Positions 22,645 to 35,449 of a stretch of 64,000 nucleotides of DNA are shown piece by piece; the stretch's first letter is position 1, and every line of letters begins with the position of its first letter. Made by a program: the position numbers and the translations under genes. The stretch comes from Heterodontus francisci (lineage: Eukaryota): contig NC_090396.1 of NCBI RefSeq assembly GCF_036365525.1, positions 28,496,283 to 28,560,282 of the forward strand, in the 5' to 3' direction. The notes beneath the pieces are model-generated. The model did not search any database, was not told where the DNA came from, and saw nothing but the letters and a program-made list of their open reading frames with translations.

Positions 22645-24749
22645 GGGGGTGGGGAAGGGGGGCGTCTTGGGTCCCAGGGGTTGGGAGTGGGGGTGGCCCT
22701 CAATTGGGCACCCTGTGCCCGACTGCCATGGCACCCCACCGGCACGCAGAAAGGCCAGCAGCTATTGCTGGGTGGCCTTTCATGTCCCCAGCATGCCCGC
22801 TTGCCACGGGTAAAATACCCGTGGAGGCTGGCGATGCTGGCCAATTAAGGGCCTTGATTGGCCTTGGACGGGCAGGCTGACCTTTTTTCCGACCGTCGTA
22901 AAGTTGGCCGGAGGCAGGAGCGGGGCGAGGAGGCCTCCGGAGCCTCCCATTCAATTTTACTCCGCCCCCACTCCCAACCCCTGGGACCCAATAAAATTCA
23001 GCCCAATGAGTTCCAGCTCATCACCACTTGCTGGGTGAAAGAGTTCTTCCTCACATTCCCCCCTGCATCTCTTGTCCAAAATCTGTGTTCCCTAGTCCCT
23101 GTACCATCAGCTAATGGAAACAGTATTTCTTTGTTAACCTTACCTGTCATAATCTTGTACACCTCTATCAAATCTCCTCTCAATTTTCTTTGTTCCAAGG
23201 AGAACAACACAAGCTTCTCCAATCTAACCTTGTAGCTAAACTTCCTCAACCCTGGAACCATTCTGGCAAATCTCCTCTGCACCCTCTCAAGGACGCTCAT
23301 ATCCTTCCTAAAATTTGCTGACCAGAACTGGATGCAATAGTCTAGTTGTGCCATAACCAGACCTTTATAAAGGTTCTGCACAATTTCCCTGCATTTGTAC
23401 TCAATACCTCTATTTGTGAAGCCAAAGATTCCATATGCTTTGCTAACTACACTCTAAATATGGCCTACCACCTTCAAAGATCTATGGACGTGAATCCCCA
23501 GGTCCCTCTGTTCTTGCACACTCTTTAGAACTGCACCATTAAGTCCATATTAGCTCCCCCATCTCTTCTGCCAAAATGTTCACACTTCTCTGTATTAAAT
23601 TCCATCTGCCACTTGTCTGTCCATTCTGCTAGCCTATCTATGCCCTGTTGCAATCAATTAGTATCATTCTCACTATTTGCTTCCAAGTTTGGTATCATTG
23701 GCAAATTAAAAAATTTACTCTGCATTCCAATGTCCAAGTCATTTATATATAGCAAATAAAGCTGTGATCCTAGCACTGAACCTTGGGGAACACCATTGTC
23801 TACCATCCTCCAGTCTGAAAAACGACCATTTACCACAACTCGCTGTTTTCTGTCCTTTAGCCAATTTTTTATCCAAGAGAAACTGTACCTAACCCAATAT
23901 ATTTTTACAAGCTTCTTGTTGATGTATTCAATTCATCACCTTGAAATTTCCTAACCATCACCACCACTAGTGACAGAGCAGCAGTACTTTACTGAACTGT
24001 TGTATAGTGCAAAATGCTCTCATCAGCTATACCAAAGTTTGGTGATGTCTGTAATTGTGTTGTTCCATGTTTATCACAGTTCAACTGGACAATGCTCTGA
24101 ACAGCATGAGTTAACTATTTTGATGTAGATTCCTGATCTTATCTGAATAGAGACCTTAGGCAGACGCTGAAAGTCTACCTAGATCAACAAGAGGAGGATG
24201 GAAGAAATCCAGTAATTCTTAGGTGATACAATGCTTCATCTTTCAAAGTCTGTAGATTGTAGAATTGACCCTATTACAGTAACATTGATGCCAACAAGAG
24301 TGCTGCTAACAAGAGACAAAGATTAAGAACAATTGGTACAAGTGATTGTGAGTGCCTAAGTGACAACAGAGAGTGATGAACTAAGCAAATGCTCCCCCCA
24401 CCCCTGGCCAGAAATGGACCCAAAACACCTAACCTTGTATTTCGTAATGAACTACTGTCTGACCTGTTAGTTTTCACAACTTGCAGGTGAGCACATGTGG
24501 AACATACACCTGTTATGGATGGGATCTTCCACATGCCATCTGGTTCGAGAACTGAGCAGCACACAGATAGAGTGAAAATCTGGCTCATCGATTTCCACCT
24601 AATTGCACAAAGACTACAGCTCTAATAGCATTGTATATTTTTTTTTATCAAATATTATTCTATACATTACATTAATTATTGTGGAATGCCATTTATATGT
24701 GGTCCTATTATAACTATTTACAGGGTAACAATAACTCATCTTTGATTAT

Positions 24750-25390
24750 GGGAACTTAGGAACAGGAGTTGGCCATTTAGCCCCCCCAGTCTCTTCTGCC
24801 ATTCAGTGAGATCATGGCTGATCTGCGATCTAACTCCATATATCCACCTTTGCCCCTTAATATCGTTGGACAACAAAAGCCCATCAATCGCAGATTTAAA
24901 ATTTACAGTTTATCTGACATAATTGCTGTTTGCAGAAGATAATTCCAAACTTATTGCGCCCTTTTTGTTTCTTAATTTCACTCCTGAAAGGTCTGGCTCT
25001 ACTTTTTAAGACAATGCCCCCAGTCCAAACTCCCCAACAAGCAGAAATAATTCCTATCTATCTACCCTGTCTGATCCCCTTAGAACATTGAAAATGTCGA
25101 GCAGATCACCCCTTGACCTTCTAAATTCCAGGGAATACAACTCTAGTTTGTGTAATCTCTCCTCGGAATTTAACCCTTGGAGCCCTGGTATCATTCTTGT
25201 AAACCTATGCTGCACTCCCTCCAAAGCCAATATATCCTTCCTGAGGTGTGGTGTCCAGAACTGAGCACAATACTCCAGGGTGTGATCTAACCAGGACTTT
25301 GTATAGCTGAAACATGACTTCTACCCCTTTATATTCTCGTCCTCTAGATATAATGGTCATCACTCTATTTGTTTTTTTCACAATTATGAT
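24750..25390 (-). mobile_element. CR1 3' end
   Basis: LYKVLVR...LEYC-type motif; tail ggaacttaggaacaggag seen on the plus strand. Confidence 0.75.
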
Positions 25391-25680
25391 CAAGTATAGT
25401 CATATTAAATGGTTTGTTTAATTTATATTGAACTCTTGGGGGAAACAGAGCACTGAGAGGTAGTTATAGAATGTTGGGATAACCTTTTGTACGGTGAATT
25501 CCATATACTCCACCAATGCACACAGACACTTCCTGAAAATCATTATCTAATCAACCCAGCAGTATATTTCACTTCAGCTTGTGTGTGTGATGACTGAAGC
25601 CATAACTATCTGATCCAGCATCATCAAAGGTGCTGACAATGTCGGATCACACAAATAAAATCTTTGTCTTCTTCTTGCAG

Positions 25681-25976
25681 CTCATGTTCCAATCCATCCA
25701 TGTTCTACAAATTCACAAGGTGTTGCCTGGAACTATGAAGAGATCCTCTCCGTATTGTACGCACACAGTAGTGTAGTGTGTTTTATGGCAGGACACGATC
25801 ACGATGGTGGCTACTACTTGGACGATCATGGAATTCACCATCTTACCTTTGAAGGTGTGATTGAAACATCACCAGAGAGCCATGCATTTGGAACTATCCA
25901 CGTATATAGTGACAGAATGATTTTAAAGGGAAGGGGCAGGATTCAGGACAGGATTCTACACTATAGGAAAATCTGA
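25681..25976 (+). CDS. ADPRM: ADPRM last coding exon
   Basis: Polypyrimidine tract plus cag acceptor ending at 25680. Translates (A)HVPIHP...AWNYEEIL...VVCFMAGHDHDGGY...EGVIETSPESHAFGTIHVYSDRMILKGRGRIQDRILHYRKI*, with the calcineurin-like metallophosphoesterase GHxH motif and an ADPRM-type C-terminus. Confidence 0.95.
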
Positions 25977-26237
25977 ATCGATTTATATATTAATACATGG
26001 CACATATGTTAATGTTCCATCCCATATGAATGTAATGTGGTAGGTGTGATTAAAATTAGATCAAGAGCTGTCACGTATAGTAGAAGATACAGATTAAATT
26101 CTCTAATCATGTAAGTCCAATGCTCTGTTTTGTGTCAGAATCGTTGCCTTTATTTCAAGATCAATTGAATGCGACCTCTGGCCTTGCATTCTTCATAATC
26201 AAATTTTGTCCCACATTTTCCGAGTTTCTTGCCCACT

Positions 26238-26655
26238 TAGTTATCAGTCTTGGCTTACTGGTAGAACGCTTACCACTGATCCAAAAGGTTTTGGTTCAAT
26301 CTCACTCCAGAGGCTTCAGCGCACACTGCGTGCTGCACTGTCAAAAGTGCTACCTTTTGGCTGAGATGTTAAACTGAGGCCCTGCCTGGCCTCTCAGGTA
26401 GATGCGAAAGATCCCATGGCTCTATCGGAACAGCAGTCGGGTTCTTCCAGTTCCGGGCCACTATTTATCCCTGAATCAACATCACTAACAAAAAACAGAT
26501 TATATGGTCATTATGTGATTACAGATAATGTGGGAACTTGCTGTGTACAAATTAGCTGCTCTATTTCCTATATTCAAAAGTACTACTTTGGTTGTCGGGT
26601 GCTTCGGGACATCCTGAGGTCATGAAAGCTGTTATCTAAATGCAAGAACTTCTTT
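26238..26655 (+). mobile_element. SacSINE1/DeuSINE-like SINE (likely in the ADPRM 3'UTR)
   Basis: Degenerate tRNA head, Deu-domain-like gagatgttaaactgaggccctg...aaagatcccatggc, tail taaatgcaag. Other copies at about 35670-35990 (-), 36565-36935 (-), 38570-38985 (+) and 51800-52185 (+). Confidence 0.7.
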
Positions 26656-27959
26656 TCGTAGAAATTTTAAAATGTTGTTCAAAATAGTCATGAGGGTACC
26701 ACTTGGCAGGCGACTCCCAATCAGCTCTCAGGCTGATCCACAAGCATGGCCATGCTGGTAATTGATGCACTCTGGTCTCTTTCAGTATGTCATCACTTTC
26801 AGTATGTCAGCATGCCAGGGGCAAGGCAACCCTAATAGGGTAATTGCAGTCATAAAAACATTTAAAAGCAAACCTTTTATCGATGTGTATATTTTGAAGA
26901 GAGAGTGGGGGAGTACTTCAAACCAAAGGTGCATAGCTACAGTTGTTTCTTACTGGTAATACATAGGTTCATTTTGTTTTCATGCAGTAATTTGTCTCAT
27001 TATACAGTACAATGATAAGTCTATTCTTCAACTAATATTAGGCCATTGTTTGTTTGCTAATACAACCATTATAGATTGAGAAGGATAACCAGCAAATACA
27101 AATATACAAATTGAAAACGTGCCCAACAATGTGGATCAGCACTTAAAATTTCTTCTAATGAGCTACTGGTCCCCATTTGAAAAAGGGCTGATAAAATATT
27201 TGTTTGTAATGAAATGCCCCCACAATGAAAAAAAAAAGTCTCCCGCTAGCCTGCGGGACAGGCAGGAGAATGCAGTGTAAACACAGGCACTGAAAGGCTT
27301 GCATGTCAGAATAGGGTAATAGATCATTAGGACCCTGAAATTCCAATTCTAGCATAATCGAGCCTTGTGTCACAAAAGTCCCAGTGCTGCCATGTACCCG
27401 CAGTGCAGCAATGAGCTGTCTCAAATTTTCCAGCAGCTCATTTGAATAATTATTCATAAATAACTATTCCATTTTGCCCTTGCGCAGGGAGCAATCACAA
27501 TGGGAGAAGCGGAAACTTGCGCCAGCAGATCCAAACTAAAGGGCTGTGTGCACTTAGAGTGGAAATAAATGGAAATATTCGTCAAGCTTCAAAATCAATT
27601 TCAGATATTTTCAATCTTGGCCAAAATTGGGAAGGAGGCAATAGGTGTCAGGCATAAAACAAGTGGAAGAAAACCCAATGTGGATGCAAAATGACTGCGT
27701 AGTAAAGTGCCTCATTTGTGAGGCAGTTCAACGGACATGAAGCCGCACAAGATGGGTGCCTCGTTCCCAGAGGATGTTAAATGCACACTGTACACACTAG
27801 CAGCAAGAGGTGAAACTAGATGCAAAAGATAACAGCATATTTAATGTGATTTGGCAAGCAAACAGTCCCTAACAGTTTCATATATTGCAAGGGTGGCCTG
27901 AAGATTGTTTGTGAAGTTTCACTCATTCCTCACCCATGCCAAGCCCTTCACATAATCTT

Positions 27960-30788
27960 TGTTATGACCGAGGCGGGAGCAATGCACTGTCAATTCAGTC
28001 CCATCACTCCCAGGTCACAGCATATTCTTAAAGTTTTCCCACCTAACTGGAAAACAGCCAAATTAAACAGGTGTGTGTCCCATTCTGTATAACTCTGGAT
28101 CAGCTTGCTGTGCTACAGTGATAGAAGATCTGTTAAACATCTCATTTGGATTATCTAAATCCCCAGCTATCTGTGGTGCCACTTTTACCTCTGTCAATGG
28201 AACATTGCTCAGGTGACTATACACGCAGGAAATATTCTCAGAACTTGTTCCGGTAATTGTTCAGTTTCTTTAACTTCACTTGGTTCCTCTGTAAACTGAT
28301 ACTTTTGAGTCAGCCAAATCATTTCCTAGGAGTAGATCAATTCCCTCTACAGGCAAACCGTGGACTACTACAGTTACCATCCCAGATATTTAGTCACTCT
28401 CTTGGCGCACTTTATATAAAGGTACAGGTATATACTCCCCACCAATTCCATTAACTAAAACTTTAGCGTTCAAGGCACTCTCTGGTGGAAACGTTACACC
28501 TTTCCCCAGCAAGAATATTTGGGTTGCTCCTGTATCCCTGAGTATATCGGTTTTCTTGCCTCACTTAAAGTATATGGAGTTACTTTCCCCTTTGACAAAA
28601 ATTAATTATAACTTTCCAGTATCTAATTCTTAACGTCTACACTCACTTTAGTTTTTGTATCTGGTTTTACAGCTGCCGTTAAAGCTACAGCCTGGTCTGC
28701 TGTACTGTCAGTCAGAGCTACTTCCTCTGCATTAGCTTTGTGTACCCCAACAAGTCCTATGGGTTTACCTCGTAACTTCCAGCATTCTGAACCAAGATGA
28801 CCAGTTTTGTGGCAATGACAACACTTCAACTTGTGAACCTCACTTGTAACTTCAGCACCTTTTCAGGCCTGAGGTGGTGATCCTGGGGCATTCCCAGCTG
28901 TTCCTTCTTGTCCCTGGCTACTTGTCTTCCTTTCACTTTCCCACTTTCTATCCTTCTCGGGTTTATGGGGGTGACGGACAAAAGGTTTTGGCTTCTTCAC
29001 AAGCTCAAAATCATCAGCAATTTCTGCTGCTTGCCTAGCTTTCAAAACTTTCAAGTTATCTACATGAGTTCTCATATGTAGTTTCCATCTTTAATGCCCG
29101 TATCCAACGGTCAAAATGAATTTGCTTCACCCTCTCACATTGTAAAAACATCTGCCCAGCCAATCTCTGTAAGTTTCGAAACTTCTAACAGTAAGTTTCA
29201 GGGACGAACTCATAGGCAGTGAGAATAGCCTTTTTTTGCCATTTTATAATCTGCAAAAGCCTCTTCGGAAAGCATGGCATAAACTTCATGAGCTCTGCCT
29301 ATCAACCTGCTTTGCATTAGTAGTGTCCAGCTTTCCTTTGGCCATTTCATTTGTTCAGCTATTTTTTCAAAAGATGTGAAAAATCCTTCTCCATCCCTTT
29401 CCTCAAACTTAGGAAGAGCTTGTATAAGTTTAAACAGCTTTTTGCTGAGCCCTGGGCTGAATTCAGTTTCTTCCTGACCAGAACTTTCCCTGGATTCAAG
29501 ACTACCCCTTTGTCTTAGTTCCATCTCTTTTAACCTAAATTCCCTCCCTTTCTCCCTTTCAAATTCAAGTTTTCTTATTGCTATTTCTTTTTCCGTTTCT
29601 TGTTGAAGCCTAAGTTTGCTCATTTCTTGTTCCTGCTAGTTTTTTTCATTTGTAACTGAATCTTAGCCAATTCAACTGCATCACTCTGAGTTATCTTCTT
29701 CTTCCAATTCCAGATGTTAGGCTATTAGGTCAATTATCACTGCTTTTTTAGCACCTGATTTCAATTCTAACCCCAATTTTGCCGCCAACTCTTTTAGTTT
29801 ATTCTTGGTTAAAGTTGTCAAGTCACTGAGGGCACATTCTCCTTTCCCAGAAACTCTGCTGCAACTGCTAATGCCATTCTGATGATACAGCCTTTACCCT
29901 TATATACAAGAAAACTGGTTCCTTTTATGTTTCTCTTTCAAATTATTAATCCCCTTATAATTCACGTAATTGGCTCTAGATTTGGATCCCGACAATTGAG
30001 TCTCCAATTAATATGATTCCAGACATGAGAGCAATTTTTATGACCCCAGAAGCAAGAGCAATTAATATGATTAATATGATCCCAGAGATGAGCCCCCAAT
30101 TAGATGTTACAACCGAGGTGGGAGCAATGCACTGTCAATTCAGTCCCATCACTTCACAGGTCGCAACACCTTATTAAAGTTTTCCCACCTAATCGGAGAA
30201 CAGCCAAATTAAACATTTTATTCAACCCCCGGAATAAAATACACCAAACCAGGTATCTTTAAACAACAAATTAACTATTTATTAATAAACTAAATCATAA
30301 ACACTATTAAGATAAATTTATGTCTTAAGACCTTATAACTTCTTATTCAACCTAAACCCCCCTTTACATTCAAAAACTGTCAGTCAACCAGTTTTTGTAA
30401 AAAATGGGGTTTCTTAGGAATAAAATAAGTAGCAGGGATTTAAGTCCTGGTGAGTTATGTTCCCGGTTGATGAGGTGTCCCAGGGTAGAATAATCAGATG
30501 CCACTCGAAGTCTCCAGGCGAATTTGACGAAACAGTCTTTAATAGATAGGCAAAGTATTTCAGCTGCAGCAGGCACTTCTTTGGGCTCCGGATCAGGCTG
30601 GTTTCAGCCTGTCACTGCACACAGTCAAATTGAAACATTACAGCACATCTCCTGCTGTTGCCTAGGGAACAGGCTGGCTGTGGCACTGTTCTCAAAGAAT
30701 CTAAAAAAACTTCTCTTTATGTCTTAAAGGTACACTGTTTTTAGACAGAGTCTTAAAGGCATGCTGCTTTAAACAAAGTTCCATGACA
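27960..30788 (-). mobile_element. Gmr1-like (SCAN-gag type) Ty3/Gypsy element, internally deleted (no RT/IN)
   Basis: 5' LTR at 30105-30788, 3' LTR remnant at 27960-~28070, TSD TCTT/CCTT. tRNA-Pro-like PBS TGGGGGCTCATC. Gag LPKFEERDGEGFFTSFEKIA...WPKESWTLLMQSRLIGRAHEVY; knuckle CCHCHKTGHLGSEC; protease ILRDTGATQ at about 28520-28546. Confidence 0.85.
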
Positions 30789-31899
30789 CCTTATACCTCG
30801 TTCCTTGCAACTACTCTTCAGGAATGTACAATCTCAAGTTTCCAAACACAGAATGGGAAACCATGCCTCTTATCTTTCAATGCTATAACATCTCAAGTCA
30901 CTTTATAATAACCTAACAGCATGAAGCACAGGCAGTTACTGCCATGTCAAGCAGGTCTAGGCCTAAGCTTGGACCTCACTAGTATGAGCACATTGGTAGC
31001 GCAGTAAGCTTTTCAAAATGTGCAAGTAACTGAATAGAACGATTTACAATGTAAATTAAACTTGATGAGCGGAACACAAAAGTGTCCATAAAAATCTCGT
31101 AATTGCAATGGCCAGCAAGGCTGTGCAAAGAAGCAACATTATGTCACAATGTCAACAAAGTTCACTCAAACTAAAAAGTTTGTGAAGAATTGCTTCCCTA
31201 TTAGTAAATGCCTACTGTATTGTGTTGTTTTAAAACTGCTGACTTAAAGTAGTTATTTCACAATAATAATACATTACAACCGCACTCATTTTCCATTCTG
31301 GATGTGCAAAATAAATCACGTTTTATTTTTGGAGCAGTATACATCTATTAGACACAGCAAGCCTGTTGCTTTCTGCTAGACCAATGGCACCTGCCAAAAA
31401 GGGGTGGGTTTGTTAGGTCTAATAATATTTTCCAATTCTAAAATTTGTTGTATTATGATTGCAGTTAGAAATTTTCAGCTTCTGAGACTTATTGATGCCC
31501 ACTCTGTCAAATATAAATGTGTTTAGCCCACTAAGGCCATGAAAACGTCACTGTAAAAATGTTTCAACCCAGATTAAATATTCAAGACCTGGAACACAGC
31601 TTCAAACTGCCACCTCTGACTCGGAGATGTCAAAATGACACTTACATTGTAAAATTAACATAATTCACACTAATTAAAATTTAAATTAATTAAAAGTAAA
31701 ATTTCTTCAGAAATTATACCATCTAAACAGAAAAATGTGCTTGAATACAAAGTAGTTTTCTATCACAAATCAAAATTATCCAGACCAGCAGCTCTAAATA
31801 AAAAATAAAAACTGGAGGCTCGGGTAATTATTCTGATCAATCTACCTCAGTCTAGTTCTGAGGCCCTTCTCCTGGTCCCATTGTTGGCTTACATTCAGC

Positions 31900-32029
31900 C
31901 TAGATGGTGTTCCTACAGTGGTCTGGCCAAGATGCTCGCAGTTCTTTATTGATGTAGTAATATAGCCATGTTATGAATGGCAGGACTGTAATGAGAACTG
32001 CGATGGAAAGCCTGTAGCCGCCAAGATAC
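31900..32029 (-). CDS. TMEM220: TMEM220 last coding exon (6)
   Basis: ttttccag| acceptor; YLGGYRLSIAVLITVLPFITWLYYYINKELRASWPDHCRNTI* (human ...YINKEMRSSWPTHCKTVI). The six exons sum to 525 nt (174 aa plus stop) with all phases consistent. Confidence 0.95.
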
Positions 32030-33769
32030 CTGGAAAATATAAAATCCAATTAAATTCATCACCAACTGAGATTGCACAATGGAATAATACTATAAAGTAT
32101 CGAAGTAGTGCACCGCCCTTTATTAATTTGAAATATATAATCCAAATAAATCCTACCTATTGGGTAAAGGATGGCAATCTAATTTTGAGTGGCGATTTGT
32201 TAACTAGTTCATCATTAATCGGTAACATACCATGACCCAGCATAAAATCTTGGGTCCTTGTAGATATGAAGCACTGTGGTCACAAACATTCCTCCTCATA
32301 GGTTTCCACACTTGCAAGTTAATGAGAAAGCACTTTGCTTCTAAACTATTTCCTTTGACATTACTGTTCTCCTTTAATATACATTTAACACACTAAGAAT
32401 GCAATCAGGAAATGAGACAGGCAGCTAGATGGCTGCAGAAACCACAAAGAGAGGTTTCTCCAATCAAACATGGAAACCAAATGATTTGACAGCCATTCTA
32501 AAGAGGCAGCTTCATGACCATTACCACAGCAAAATCATTAAAGTTGTGTCATAGGTCTTTATCATGAAACTGGAGTGATAATCAGACAATGTTAGATATC
32601 ATGGCTTTCCAAGCTGCAGCACTGAGCCATTTGCCAAGTTCAGGACTGTTGATAGAAGGCAACCTTCAGTTGCTAGTGCTTGTCCTGTTCTGATAATCCT
32701 GCATTAGTGCTGTAAGTGTACACCTACAAAGCTTTGTCATTTAGGCCGGGTCTGTGTTGCTGTGGAAACAGGACACAATGTGATCCAGAAGTGAGGGCAA
32801 AGAACTTAGGCTACAGTGTAAATGGGAATGAGCCCTGTAAATGCTGTCTGACAGATTAACTACAGATTTGAGAATCCACAGGACTATGAGTGACAAGATT
32901 TGAAAAATATTTGCTATTTGGCAGCATCTCAAGTATTTACTTTTAAACGTGGCACTAACTTCAGCTCATGATAATATTTGATACAATGAATCGTTGCATT
33001 TTAACAGTTAGGCACTGGTAATCACTAAGTGAGTTATCCTAAGTGCATTTAAATTGAAAAATTAATGGCAACAAGATGGCACTGTATGTCAGAACACTAA
33101 CAAGCAGCACTAGCGTGGCAAGTCACAGGTTTAATCCACCCTCGCTGTTCAATTTCTAATTGACGTTGTGCAAGGCAAAGTTTGCAGCATATCCCTGCAG
33201 GGCAGCACAGCAGATGAAGGGAGAAGACTGGCTGGGGTGTTCTTGCCCGGTTGACTTTCAGCTCATATCTCCAGAGGGGAATGGTGAACCAGGCCATCTA
33301 TCCAATGTCCATGGCCAAGACTAAGAATAAGGAAGAACATAGAAAGAATGGGGAGAAAGGGAAGGATGCATATGCTGCATTGGAAAGTCAATTTTCTCTT
33401 TTTAATAATATATACAGAAATGTGCTGTTTATACCAGATATGGTTGCATCCTACGCAAAATCACTGGCATAAATAGTTGATCAAAAAATGATCAACAGAG
33501 CTAAATGGTAGAAAAAGCAAAATTTAACTCAAATATTTCCATAAATGCAGGAGAGATAGCAGCAATTTTAAAGGGTTAGTGGATCCCTTTGGGTACAGTG
33601 CAGAATGAAACAGTTGTAATGTTTAGCACCTTGCCTGTCCCTTTAAGACCACTGGAACCTTTAGCATAACAAATGGCAGGACTGTAGTCAAACCACAATA
33701 CTGCCTTTATGTTGTGTACAACACTGGTCCTGCAAATGAGGCTGATAGGATGTTATAGTGTGATACCTC

Positions 33770-34175
33770 TTTTTTATTCTTTCATGGGATGTGGGCATCA
33801 CTAGCAAGACCAGCATTTGTTGCCCATTCCTAATTGCCCCTGACAATTGAGTGGCTTGCTAGGCCATTTCAGAGGGCAGTTAAGAGCCAACCACATTGCT
33901 GTGGATCTGGAGTCACATGTAGGCCAGACCAGGTAAAGACGGCAGATTTCCTTCCCTAAATGACATTAGTGAACCAGATGAGTTTTTACAACAATCGATC
34001 ATTTGTTTTCATGGCACTATTACTGAGACGGGCTTTCAATTTCAGATTTTTATTAATTAATTGAATTTAAATTCCACCAGCTGCCATGGTGGGATTTGAA
34101 CCCTTGTCTCTGTGACATTAGCCTGAGCCTCTGGATTACTAATTCAGTGACATTATCACTATGCCACCATCTCCC
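33770..34175 (-). mobile_element. tRNA-derived SINE sharing its 3' tail with the CR1-clade LINE at 60438-62068
   Basis: Head tggtggcatagtg...gggttcaaatccc; tail gggcaattaggaatgggcaacaaatgctgg...gcccacatcccatgaaagaat; related pieces at about 34743-34890 and 39395-39690. Confidence 0.7.
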
Positions 34176-34237
34176 AGAAGGTTCACTGATAGGTGGCAAA
34201 ATGCGCAGATCCAATTGCACTGAAGGAAGTGAGCTTT

Positions 34238-34593
34238 GGGCGGCACAGTGGCGCAGTGGTTAGCACCGCAGCCTCATAGCTCCAGGGACCCGGGTTCGAT
34301 TCCGGGTACTGCCTGTGTGGAGTTTGCAAGTTCTCCCTGTGTCTGCGTGGGTTTTCTCCGGGTGCTCCGGTTTCCTCCCACAAGCCAAAAGACTTGCAGG
34401 TTGATAGGTAAATTGGCCATTATAAATTGTCACTAGTATAGGTAGGTGGTAGGGAAATATAGGGACAGGTGGGGATGTTTGGTAGGAATATGGGATTAGT
34501 GTAGGATTAGTATAAATGGGTGGTTGATGTTCGGCACAGACTCGGTGGGCCGAAGGGCCTGTTTCAGAGCTGTATCTCTAATCTAATCTAATC
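34238..34593 (+). mobile_element. HE1-like V-SINE
   Basis: Near-identical to 12899-13248; (CTAAT)n tail. Confidence 0.9.
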
Positions 34594-34649
34594 ATAACTA
34601 CATACTCGATCTTTGGTAGTCCTATATTGGAAAGCATAACCTTGCATTG

Positions 34650-35225
34650 AACATACGAATTAGAAGTAGACCATTCAGCCCATCGAGACTGCTCTGCCAT
34701 TCAATAAGATCATGGCTGATCTGTTTGTGGCTCGAATTCCACACTGAGACTAGCTTTCAATTTCAGATTTTTATTAATTAATTGCATTTAAATTCCACCA
34801 GCTGCCATTGTGGGATTTGAACCTGTGTCCCAGTTGCATTAGCCTGGGCCTCTGGATTATTAGTTCAGCAACATTACCACTATCATCTTACCATCTACCC
34901 CCCCATAACCTTTGGTTCCCTTGCCTAACAAGAATCGATCTACCTCCGCCTTAATAATATTCAATGACCCTGTTCCAAAATCCCTCAGAGAAACAATTTC
35001 TCATCTCTGTCCAAAAAGAGCGACCCCTAATTTTAAAGCAGCGATCCCTAGTTCTGGACTCACCCACAAGAGGAAACATCTTTTCCACATCCACCTTGTC
35101 AAGACCTTTCAGGATCTTGTATACGCCAATCAAGTCTCCCCTCACTCTTCTAAACTCCAGTGAAAACAAGCCCAGTCTGTCCAACCTTTCCTCATAAGAC
35201 AACCCGCTCATTCCAGGTATCAATG
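34650..35225 (-). mobile_element. CR1 3' end with a SINE-head insertion (about 34743-34890)
   Basis: GLSYEERLDRLGLFSLEFRRVRGDLIGVYKIL. Confidence 0.8.
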
Positions 35226-35389
35226 AAATGAAAAGCTTCTAGGTTTTAGGAGTATTGGACAGAATGTTGTTGGAATGATTAAAGGAGATGGAACCTAGAT
35301 TATGAGTTATTCATATTATTTCTTTGTTTAAATATCCAAGGTCGTATCCTGTCTGATGATTTGTTTGAAAAATAATGAACTATACTCAC

Positions 35390-35449
35390 TTTCCTGAATG
35401 CCGACACAGAAGAATCCATATAACAATGATAACTAACCCCAAAAACTCC
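35390..35449 (-). CDS. TMEM220: TMEM220 coding exon 5
   Basis: tttgcag|...|gtgagt; EFLGLVIIVIWILLCRHSG(K) (human [20 protein letters not shown]); 60 nt. Confidence 0.92.

Larger units (their letters stand above)
13398..23004. mobile_element. Non-autonomous TIR element (PIF/Harbinger-type MITE, ~720 bp of own sequence) split by the ERV
   Basis: Imperfect TIRs TGGCCAGATTTTA (13398) and TAAAATTCAGCCC (ends 23004); 3-bp AAC/AAT flanks; GC-rich halves at 13398-13755 and 22645-23004. Confidence 0.7.
12870..23895 (-). mobile_element. 5'-truncated CR1 LINE split into 12870-12900, 13249-13397 and 23005-23895
   Basis: ORF2 C-terminus ([37 protein letters not shown]). The sequence rejoins seamlessly across the MITE, and the tail matches the CR1 tail at about 47600-47810. 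Confidence 0.85.

Noticed and set aside
29984-30100. Repeat-spacer-like array suggestive of CRISPR
   Set aside because: Eukaryotic context, degenerate units, no cas genes; better explained as PBS-region duplications.
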